From an uncultured archaeon (GTDB lineage Archaea; Nanobdellota; Nanobdellia; Pacearchaeales; GW2011-AR1), in NCBI GenBank assembly GCA_963845205.1, contig CAWJRC010000002.1:13928-77927 (forward strand): a stretch of DNA of 64,000 bases, written 5' to 3'. Of the stretch, positions 56,330 to 63,682 are shown one piece after another (position 1 is the stretch's first letter; the number at the start of each line of letters is the position of its first letter). A model generated the notes under the pieces. The model was not told the origin of the DNA. It saw only the letters and a list, made by a program, of their open reading frames with translations, and did no database searches. The translations under genes were made by a program, and so were the position numbers.

Positions 56330-56724
56330 AAGTAATAAGTTCAGGCAAGAGAAAAAGGGCAGTCGCAAGAGCTGTTCTTGAGGAAGGAAACGGACAAATA
56401 TCAATCAACGGAAGAGATTACAAAACACTAGGCTTTTTTGATAAATTGAAAATAGAAGAGCCGATAAGAATTGCTGAACATGTTTTAGGGAAAATTAATT
56501 TTAATGTTGAAATAACTGTCAAGGGCGGTGGAGAAAAAGGACAGATTGAAGCTGCAAGAGTTGCTTTGTCAAAGGCAATTGTTGATTTTTCTAAATCAGA
56601 AGAGCTGGAAAATACATTCTTTGATTACGATAGAAACTTGCTTGTCGCAGATGTCAGAAGAAAAGAAGCATACAAGCCAGGAGATTCTAAAGCTAGAAGT
56701 AGAAGACAGAAGAGTTATAGATAA
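56326..56724 (+). CDS. rps9: 30S ribosomal protein uS9
   Basis: GKRKRAVARAVL..GGGEKGQIEAARVALSKA..RRQKSYR. Confidence 0.95.
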   Translation: MKVISSGKRKRAVARAVLEEGNGQISINGRDYKTLGFFDKLKIEEPIRIAEHVLGKINFNVEITVKGGGEKGQIEAARVALSKAIVDFSKSEELENTFFDYDRNLLVADVRRKEAYKPGDSKARSRRQKSYR

Positions 56725-56781
56725 TTGTTATGAAGTTTTGAATAAAAAGGAATTATTAATAAAAATAAATTTAATGGAAAA

Positions 56782-57066
56782 ATGATTAAATATTTTTTTA
56801 AGGAAAATGAAAATTTTGAGGTTAGTATAACTAATCAAAAACACAGAAGAAAGTTAGAAGAGATATCAAATGAAGAATTTCTAGATTTTAAAGAAATAGA
56901 AAAAGGGATAACAAATTCTCATTCATATATTGAGAAGAGACTTAGTAAAATTTCACTTCCTCTTTATATTGATACTCTTCCTTTTGTTATTAAAGAATTG
57001 CCAGTTTATTATGAAGACTCTAACAGAGATTTATTGATTGGACATATCGTTGCAAGAGAAGAATGA
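56782..57066 (+). CDS. hypothetical protein
   Basis: 94-aa ORF with no recognisable motif. Confidence 0.35.
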   Translation: MIKYFFKENENFEVSITNQKHRRKLEEISNEEFLDFKEIEKGITNSHSYIEKRLSKISLPLYIDTLPFVIKELPVYYEDSNRDLLIGHIVAREE

Positions 57067-57486
57067 TTATTTTACACCCAATCTTTCTAACTTATTTTGA
57101 ACATGATTAAACAGCGTCGATGAAACAATTGACTGATGAGTTCCTTCGTGAATCTGGTTGTTGAATTTTATTTTTCCAATATATGTAAAATTTTTAAGAA
57201 TTTTTTTTAATCCATTCACTGAAAGTTTATGTTTTTCTGCAAGCTGTCTTAAACTTATTTTATTGTTTAAGAATTCTTCAAAAATTTCTTCTATTTCCCT
57301 GAAATTCTGTGCAGGAACAAGTTTTCCATTAAGAATATCATATCCGAATGGGGCTCGAGACATTAAATTTCCCTGAGATGCTTTTTTTGACATTGAATTT
57401 TTCCTGTTTATCCCTGCAGACTTTAGAATTTCTATTTCTTTTTTCAATTCTTCATTCTCTTTTTTTAGTCGTTCTAATTCTTCCAT
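57067..57486 (-). CDS. serine-recombinase 'recombinase domain' remnant lacking the catalytic resolvase domain
   Basis: Residues ~43-139 align with the C-terminal half of the 59087..59839 recombinase (PFGYDI/PLGYKL, IFEEFLNNKISLRQLA/IFEEFLNSNISLTQLA, YIGKIKF/YLGKVKF). The N-terminus is only a coiled coil. Confidence 0.65.
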   Translation of the reverse strand: MEELERLKKENEELKKEIEILKSAGINRKNSMSKKASQGNLMSRAPFGYDILNGKLVPAQNFREIEEIFEEFLNNKISLRQLAEKHKLSVNGLKKILKNFTYIGKIKFNNQIHEGTHQSIVSSTLFNHVQNKLERLGVK

Positions 57487-57744
57487 ATTTAATTTTAGTA
57501 AGAAGAATTTTTAAATTCAGTGTTTAAATCAGATTTCTTTTTTTCTATTCTAAAATTAAGGGAGTTGTCCGGGTCGGGTAATATTTTAATCGTCTCCTTT
57601 TTTATCTTCAAGCCAACGTACTTCTTCAAATTTAATTTTAATCATTTCCTTTTCCGTCCATTTTATCCTCGAGCTTCTTGACCCATTTTATTATATATTG
57701 GAATCCTCATTTATATAAATATTAAACAAAGGAGTTATCTAAAT

Positions 57745-58008
57745 TTATCTCGCTTTCTTTAATTCTTCAAGAATTTTTTCTGCTTCTTTGACTGAAAGTT
57801 TGCCGAATGCTATTGATGCGGTTTTATTAACTGCTTTTGATATTTTTTCATTTAATAGAACATCTGTTGCATTACCAAATTCATTATCAATGTCTACTGC
57901 AGCATTTTGTATAAACTCGTCAGAAGGGTCTTCTATATATTTAGAATAAAGTTCTATTAATTTTATTTTAGCTTTTTGATTAAGTCCTTCTAATTTTTTG
58001 TCTACCAT
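57745..58008 (-). CDS. hypothetical helical protein
   Basis: 87 aa. Its start overlaps the stop of the upstream 156-aa ORF (ATGGTAG). Confidence 0.35.
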   Translation of the reverse strand: MVDKKLEGLNQKAKIKLIELYSKYIEDPSDEFIQNAAVDIDNEFGNATDVLLNEKISKAVNKTASIAFGKLSVKEAEKILEELKKAR

Positions 58009-58472
58009 TCTCCCAATCCTTTCTTTTTTATTGCATTTCCAGAAAGTAAATCTAACATAGCAGATTCATAATTTGAAATTTTAGTTTCCCCTTCTTCATT
58101 GAATAATTTTGCCCCAGTTATCAATCCATCTTCAGTGTGATGTACATGAAGGGAACCAATTGGAGTATCTTTAATATACAACTCGGTTGGTTCAAAACTT
58201 TTGCCCCATGAACTTCCTTCCCAAGCATTATACAGGGAAAATTCTGGCAACTTGGAGGGAGAAGATTCTTGAGATGGAAATTGGATGGGAGAGAATAGAG
58301 GTTCTGAAGGTTTTATCAGTTTGGATTTTATATGTTCTATAGGTCTTATACCCCCGCAACCAAACATAGGCTTGTCCCAAGGATCATGATAGATATTACA
58401 AATATTTCTTTTCTGACTTTCCCTGCCAAATCTTCTTTCAGGATTGTATAAAGATTCTTCTAGTCTATTCAT
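58002..58472 (-). CDS. hypothetical protein
   Basis: 156 aa with complex composition and no family recognised. Confidence 0.4.
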   Translation of the reverse strand: MNRLEESLYNPERRFGRESQKRNICNIYHDPWDKPMFGCGGIRPIEHIKSKLIKPSEPLFSPIQFPSQESSPSKLPEFSLYNAWEGSSWGKSFEPTELYIKDTPIGSLHVHHTEDGLITGAKLFNEEGETKISNYESAMLDLLSGNAIKKKGLGEW

Positions 58473-58597
58473 GCTTATTATTCAGAAACCCTATTTTTAA
58501 ACTTTGGGGTATCAGAAATCTTATTGAAATAAAAAACATCTCATTTTCAAATTTTGGCGGGCATAAAAGATATAAACTTCTTTTGGTTAATTAAGAT

Positions 58598-59026
58598 ATG
58601 AATGAAAAAAAGAGGTATGGAGATATTTCGGATTTAAATTTGTCAAAACAAAAACAGATAAAATTACCAAAGATAAAGATAGAGAGAATTCATATTACAA
58701 AAGTAGGAGATAGAACCCTAACGTCTACTCAAAAGAGGAAATTAAAAGAAGAGGTTGGTTTTAGATGTCAAAAATGTCATAAAAAATTTGAGCCGAGATT
58801 GTTAGAGATACATCATAAAAAATCTGTTGCAAGTCATAAGGATAATCTTCTTAGAATAAATGTACCAACTTATTCTATTGGGAAAAAAATCAAGCCTATC
58901 TATGATAAAAGAAGTAATTTACAAGTTATCTGTTATAAATGTCATGATAAAACAAAGAAACATAAAAAAATAAAGAAACAAGATTCCATAATTGCTGAAA
59001 TAAACTGGAAACCTACAGGTTTTTAA
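58598..59026 (+). CDS. HNH endonuclease-domain protein
   Basis: CQKCHKKF..EIHHKKS..N...ICYKCHDK is an HNH/zinc-finger pattern. Confidence 0.7.
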   Translation: MNEKKRYGDISDLNLSKQKQIKLPKIKIERIHITKVGDRTLTSTQKRKLKEEVGFRCQKCHKKFEPRLLEIHHKKSVASHKDNLLRINVPTYSIGKKIKPIYDKRSNLQVICYKCHDKTKKHKKIKKQDSIIAEINWKPTGF

Positions 59027-59086
59027 GATATTCTAAATAATTGAAATACTTACAAAAAAAATATTTTTGTTAAATAGGTTTATTAT

Positions 59087-59839
59087 TTATTTTAACTTTT
59101 CTTGAACTTGTTCAAACAGCTGTTTGTCTATTAAAGGTTCATGCTGCCCGTTACTTTCATGATTTGCGAATTTGACTTTTCCTAAATAGGTTGTGTTTGA
59201 AAGCAATTTTATTATACCGGAAGTAGTCATATTATTTTTCTTGGCTAGTTGAGTTAAGGAAATGTTAGAATTTAAAAATTCTTCAAAAATTCCTTTAATT
59301 TTATCAGTTTGCTCTGGGTCAATAAGAAGCTTTTTATTTACTAATTTATATCCAAGAGGAGCTTTAGTTATGAATCCTCCTTCTTTTGCTTTCTTTTCCA
59401 TCCCAAAAGTTGTTCTGTCCCCAATAATATTTCTCTCAAATTCAGCAAATGCCCCAATTATCTGAAACATCAACTTTCCACTCGCGCTTGCCGTTTCTAT
59501 TTTATCTTGTAATGAAACAAAGTCAATACCCCATTCTTTTAGTTTATCAATAGTTAATATCAAATCCTTTAAGCTTCTTGAAAATCGGTCTAGTTTGTAA
59601 ATAAAAATTGCCTGAAACTTTCTTGCTTCTGCATCTTTTAGAAGGTTTATCATTTCTGGCCTGTTTAGATTTTTTGCGGATTTTCCTTCATCTTTGTAAA
59701 TCTTGAGAATCTCATATCCTAATGCTTTTGCATAATTAACTAAACTTTCTTCTTGGGCATCTAAAGAAAAGCCATGCTCGGCTTGGTCTTGAGTTGAAAC
59801 TCGAATGTAGATTGCTGCAAGGGGTTTATTTGAGCTCAT
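59087..59839 (-). CDS. serine recombinase (resolvase/invertase catalytic domain plus recombinase domain)
   Basis: AAIYIRVSTQDQ (catalytic Ser), YKLDRFSRS and GAFAEFERNIIGDRT. Confidence 0.9.
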   Translation of the reverse strand: MSSNKPLAAIYIRVSTQDQAEHGFSLDAQEESLVNYAKALGYEILKIYKDEGKSAKNLNRPEMINLLKDAEARKFQAIFIYKLDRFSRSLKDLILTIDKLKEWGIDFVSLQDKIETASASGKLMFQIIGAFAEFERNIIGDRTTFGMEKKAKEGGFITKAPLGYKLVNKKLLIDPEQTDKIKGIFEEFLNSNISLTQLAKKNNMTTSGIIKLLSNTTYLGKVKFANHESNGQHEPLIDKQLFEQVQEKLK

Positions 59840-60201
59840 TTTGGCCCTGTAATTAATATTATTATTTGAATAATTCCAATTATACTAAGCAAAATTGTTA
59901 AAATTAAAAGAAAGGTATTTGTTCTTTTTTGTCTAAGCCCATTTAAGAATTCTACACCTTTAGAAGTTATCATTGTAGCTCTTGTTTTATTTGATTTTCC
60001 TTTTGGCATTCCCACCATGGAATAATATACGTGTTTAATCAGTTCTTCTTTTTCAAGAATTTTAAATGTTTTTTCATCAAAATTATTTATGTATTTTAAA
60101 ATTTTATTAAACTTATCAACATTTTCTAAGGGGGTACTAATAATAGTTTGGGGGAATATTTCTTCTAAATATTTTAATAATTTTTTTGTAGATTTTTCCA
60201 T
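59836..60201 (-). CDS. hypothetical protein with a C-terminal TM anchor
   Basis: 121 aa. ATGA overlap with the recombinase start implies co-transcription. Confidence 0.4.
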   Translation of the reverse strand: MEKSTKKLLKYLEEIFPQTIISTPLENVDKFNKILKYINNFDEKTFKILEKEELIKHVYYSMVGMPKGKSNKTRATMITSKGVEFLNGLRQKRTNTFLLILTILLSIIGIIQIIILITGPK

Positions 60202-60488
60202 TTTCCTCTTTTGTTTGTGAACTTAGGGTATTTCTAAGCTTGTTTCTGTCTATTTAGGGTCCCCTAAGTATATAAATCTTGTTAAAAATGGTTCGTACAA
60301 AGGGGATTGTTAGAACTTTTCTCTTTATTTATGAAAAAAATTTGATTTATCATTCATTTATCTCTTTTTGATAAGTTCGTACAATATAGGTTGTACGTAC
60401 TTTTATGAAGGAAAACTTCTTTTAATCAGTATTAGACGAATTTCTTATGTATAAAAATTGTTTTAATGAAAAAGATGAGAAAATTGAA

Positions 60489-60550
60489 AAATTTCGGCAT
60501 TAATTTTTAGTGTTTGGCGCAGGTTGTGCACTAAGGTTGGCTTTGTGCAA
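60489..60550. repeat. ~60-bp repeat, copy A
   Basis: Hand alignment with 61509-61570 gives 51 of 60 identical positions. Contains the inverted repeat TTAGTG..CACTAA and the core GTGCACTAAGGT. Confidence 0.8.
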
Positions 60551-60848
60551 TGATATCTTCCAAATTAACTGCCTCATTTGGAAAATTTTCTAAAAATTTG
60601 TCAATTAATTCCTTTCTGGAATATTCCGGACTATGAATCAAAAAATAATCTATAGCTTCCTTAGGGGTGTTGAAACTGTCTGTCCAATCTTTATCCCAAG
60701 ATTGTGGTGGAAACGTTTGATCTTCAAAGAATTGGATATTATAACTATTTTTAGATTCTTCAACAATCTTACCTATTCCCCATGGACCAGAATCTCTATT
60801 ATAGATCACCCAAGGTTTTTTTATTTCTTCTGAATTTTCGTCTGTCAT
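60531..60848 (-). CDS. hypothetical protein
   Basis: 105-aa acidic/Trp-rich ORF. Its 3' end lies inside repeat copy A. Confidence 0.4.
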   Translation of the reverse strand: MTDENSEEIKKPWVIYNRDSGPWGIGKIVEESKNSYNIQFFEDQTFPPQSWDKDWTDSFNTPKEAIDYFLIHSPEYSRKELIDKFLENFPNEAVNLEDIIAQSQP

Positions 60849-60852
60849 TTTA

Positions 60853-60867
60853 TGTGCACTAAGGTTA
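60853..60867. repeat. partial repeat copy (core TGTGCACTAAGGTTA)
   Basis: Same GTGCACTAAGGT core as copies A and B. Sits in the 33-bp gap between the two cassette genes. Confidence 0.6.
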
Positions 60868-60881
60868 CCTTCATGTATATT

Positions 60882-61451
60882 TTATATTTCTAATTTTTTT
60901 GTAATATATCCCCAATCTTTTACTCTTGTAATTAAACTGTCTCTTAAATTTAAATTTTTATTCCATGGTTGAGTAAATAAAAAGACAGGAATTTTGGAAG
61001 AATTGCATTCAAATGCGTATTTAGGGCAATCTTCTATTAACAAAGAAACTTCTTGTTCTTTACAGATCTCTGCTTTTGTTTTTCTCTCATTCTTAATGTA
61101 AAAAATTTTAGAGTAAAGATTAGGAAAATATTTTTCTAAAGAGAAATCTGTTTTTTGTTTTCGTTCAATCGAACGTGAGGTTATCATGAAAATCCTATAA
61201 TCTTTATTAAGGATTTCTAATGAGTTTCTTGCTCCTTCAATAGGAGGTATTTCATTAAAAAATTGAGAATTAACAAATTCATCAAGTTTCGTCTCCATTT
61301 GTTTAGGGGTTTCCTTAAAAGATTCCCAAAGATTATAAGAGAAAATATCTTCTTTCTTTAATGAAGTATTATACGTAAAATTGTGAAATTTAACAAAGGT
61401 TGATACATAATCTAATAAAACATCATCAATATCAATTGCTATCCTCTTCAT
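60882..61451 (-). CDS. HAD-superfamily 5'(3')-deoxyribonucleotidase-like protein
   Basis: MKRIAIDIDDVLLDY (DxDxV nucleophile motif at the N-terminus), about 190 aa. The ATG at 61451 is preferred over the TTG at 61469. Confidence 0.55.
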   Translation of the reverse strand: MKRIAIDIDDVLLDYVSTFVKFHNFTYNTSLKKEDIFSYNLWESFKETPKQMETKLDEFVNSQFFNEIPPIEGARNSLEILNKDYRIFMITSRSIERKQKTDFSLEKYFPNLYSKIFYIKNERKTKAEICKEQEVSLLIEDCPKYAFECNSSKIPVFLFTQPWNKNLNLRDSLITRVKDWGYITKKLEI

Positions 61452-61508
61452 AAAAAAAAGATTATTCAATACTTTTTAAAAATTTATGTTCAATAGTACA
61501 TTCGCGCA

Positions 61509-61570
61509 AATTTTCGACATTAATCTTTAGTGCTTGGCGCAAGTTGTGCACTAAGGTAAGCTTTGTTCAT
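61509..61570. repeat. ~60-bp repeat, copy B
   Basis: See copy A. Direct orientation, 1020 bp away. Confidence 0.8.
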
Positions 61571-61680
61571 AGCTGTTTAAACAGTTGTTTAAGAGTATGC
61601 CCTGGCTGTTTAAAAAACAAACAGCTGTTTAAGGCTGTTTTAAACAGCTGTTTTGCTATTTTTTTATTATTAAACAGCCT
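61571..61680. promoter_or_regulatory. array of AAACAG/CTGTTT half-sites (iteron- or operator-like)
   Basis: I counted 9 perfect hexamer half-sites in ~105 bp. They form the palindromes CTGTTTAAACAG (61573-61584) and AAACAGCTGTTT (61619-61630, 61642-61653). Confidence 0.6.
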
Positions 61681-61778
61681 TCTTTTTATCCTATTTTTAT
61701 GACATAAAACAAAGAAAAGTTAAAGAAATTATCGTCGAAAACAAAACATTTTTAAATATATTTTAACAAAGAGATTAT

Positions 61779-62378
61779 ATGTTTTGGATATTCCATGCAA
61801 AAAAAGAAGTTGAGAAAATTAATGAAGAAACTAAAAATAGTTTCGATTCTGTAAAAAAGGATATTATGGCAGTTAGCGGATGGATTAAACACCTTGATTC
61901 TGAAAAAAATTTGCAAAAAAAAGAGATTGAGGATATAAATGAGATTTTGTCGTCGATAAAAAATGATGTTGAAGGAATAAAAAATGTGATCTCTGTGATG
62001 AATGAATTAAAAACAAACAGGCTGTTTAAAACACCCAAACAGATGTTTAACAAACAAACAGCTGTTTATACTGTTCAAACAGGTGTTCAAACAGGTGTTC
62101 AAACACCAAATTTAAACCAATTTTCTGTAACAGAAAGGGCAATTTTATGGGTATTGTTGAATAGTGAAGTAAAATTAAGTTTTGATGATCTGGCCGCTAT
62201 GTTAGGAAAAGAGAGATCTACTATAAGAGGACAGATTAATGCCATAAGACAGAAAAGTGAAGGTTTAATAGAAGAAGAAATGGAGAAAAATGGGAAAAAG
62301 AGGGTCTTTATACCTGAAGAAATAAAGGAAAAGATGCTGAAAAAGACAAAAGTGAGAGTTAATAAGGGTAAAAAATAA
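61779..62378 (+). CDS. coiled-coil / Q,T-rich linker / C-terminal wHTH protein
   Basis: N-terminal heptad-like region, linker KQTAVYTVQTGVQTGVQT, and a C-terminal FSVTERAILWVLL..LAAMLGKERSTIRGQINAIRQK, which looks like a winged helix. Confidence 0.5.
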   Translation: MFWIFHAKKEVEKINEETKNSFDSVKKDIMAVSGWIKHLDSEKNLQKKEIEDINEILSSIKNDVEGIKNVISVMNELKTNRLFKTPKQMFNKQTAVYTVQTGVQTGVQTPNLNQFSVTERAILWVLLNSEVKLSFDDLAAMLGKERSTIRGQINAIRQKSEGLIEEEMEKNGKKRVFIPEEIKEKMLKKTKVRVNKGKK

Positions 62379-62618
62379 GGGAAATTAAAGGAATTAGTTA
62401 AGATTTGACAAAATGTGAGTGTTAAAGGAAGCGAAGATAAATAAAAGACAGGAATAAAGGCCATAAAAAGATCAAAGTGAGGATTAAATTTGGAGTAAAA
62501 ATAATAAAAAAAGAAATATAATCAAAAATAGATAAACAAGAAAATAAAAAATATATGAAACTCGGAAATAGAGAGTTTTAGTTATTCGTTTAGACGGGAA
62601 AGTATTATTTTAAAATAT

Positions 62619-63296
62619 TTACAGATCCCTAAGCTGAAAAATCACAGATAAAGGTGCAATTTTTGTGAGTTTTTCTGAAATAGAGAGCTGGATTAATTTA
62701 TTGTTTATTCTCCTTTTTTCGACGGGAATTCCCTTTTTTATTAACCGGCCAACATAATCCCGGATGGAGGTCTCAGTTAGATTGAGTTTTTTAGAAATTG
62801 ATTTATAATCTGCATCTCCTTCTTCGGCCATTTGACAAATTGTAGAAAAGACCAAAAATTCTTGTTCTGTAAGTCTTTTGAATTTATTCCTTATTTCTTT
62901 TTTTATATTATCGAGAGAGTTTAATACCTCTAAAGCCTTGTTAAAAGAAGCTTTTTCTATCTGTTGGTCTGTTTGTTGGTTTGTTTGTTTGTTTGTTGGA
63001 ACCCCTTCATTTCCAGTGGAAAAACCTATTTTTTGAGGATTTAAAGGCTTAAAAGGAGAATCATCTGTTAGAATATCTGTTGGAAATGTTGAATTTTTTT
63101 GTTTATCTGTTGGATTAATTTTCTTCTGATCTTCTATAAAATTTAGTAATTTTATGGATAATTCTTTCATTGTTAAGTCTAATTCAGATAACTTTTGTCT
63201 GTTTTCATATAAGAATTGCTTTAAAAGAAAAATCTCCTCTCTCATTAAATCCATATCTTGTTTAACTTTTTGGAAGGCATCTTTAATCTGATCCAT
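62619..63296 (-). CDS. coiled-coil / Q,T-rich linker / C-terminal wHTH protein (same architecture as 61779..62378)
   Basis: Linker NKQTNQQTDQQ and a C-terminal LTEQEFLVFSTI..ISKKLNLTETSIRDYVGRLIKKG. Confidence 0.5.
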   Translation of the reverse strand: MDQIKDAFQKVKQDMDLMREEIFLLKQFLYENRQKLSELDLTMKELSIKLLNFIEDQKKINPTDKQKNSTFPTDILTDDSPFKPLNPQKIGFSTGNEGVPTNKQTNQQTDQQIEKASFNKALEVLNSLDNIKKEIRNKFKRLTEQEFLVFSTICQMAEEGDADYKSISKKLNLTETSIRDYVGRLIKKGIPVEKRRINNKLIQLSISEKLTKIAPLSVIFQLRDL

Positions 63297-63334
63297 AGGT
63301 TATAAAAAAATAAAGGGGTATAAAAGATTAAGTA

Positions 63335-63643
63335 TTATTTATCAATATGTTCGATAATCGTTGATGCTTCCTGTTGTTTCTGATGTTCTTTATATGCCTG
63401 GTAAGCACTATCACTTAATTTCCATCTTGAACGTTTAAGATAAGAAATTCCTTTAGGATTCTTTTTGATTTCTATAACTAATTCTTTTTTCTTTAGGTCA
63501 AGTAAAAGGGTTTTGATAAATTCCTCGTCCCGAGCAAGTTCTTCGGCAATATTAAAGGTAAATAAGGGTTTTGGGGAAACAGAATAAAGAAAGGCAAGAA
63601 TCTGCTCATATATCTTATCTCTTTTTTCTTTAGAAATTTTCAT
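63335..63643 (-). CDS. small winged-helix DNA-binding protein
   Basis: 102 aa with the IYEQILAFLYS..FNIAEELARDEEFIKTLLLDLKKKELV pattern. Confidence 0.45.
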   Translation of the reverse strand: MKISKEKRDKIYEQILAFLYSVSPKPLFTFNIAEELARDEEFIKTLLLDLKKKELVIEIKKNPKGISYLKRSRWKLSDSAYQAYKEHQKQQEASTIIEHIDK

Positions 63644-63682
63644 AGAAGAAGGAAAGATGCTATTTTTTTAAATCTAGCGGGA

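Noticed and set aside
56528-56785. 85-aa alternative-frame ORF overlapping the uS9 3' half.
   Set aside because: uS9 is conserved to its canonical ..RRQKSYR end, and the overlapping frame has no features of its own.
57487-57744. 258-bp gap upstream of the recombinase remnant, examined for the missing catalytic domain or a small RNA.
   Set aside because: Only very short ORFs are present (for example an 18-codon one). There are no resolvase motifs in any frame and no C/D-box or tRNA-like features that I could fold.
61571-62106. Possible CRISPR array, suggested by the many short repeats.
   Set aside because: The repeat units are 6-12 bp, irregularly spaced, often palindromic and partly coding. 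There is no 25-40 bp repeat/spacer periodicity and no cas genes.
62379-62618. Strongly purine-rich (A/G) 240-bp tract between the convergent wHTH genes, considered as a hidden gene or ncRNA.
   Set aside because: All plus-strand frames are interrupted by stops. The only ORF (62099-62464, minus) is a low-complexity antisense artefact. I see no convincing secondary structure, so it may be a decayed K/E-rich coding tail.
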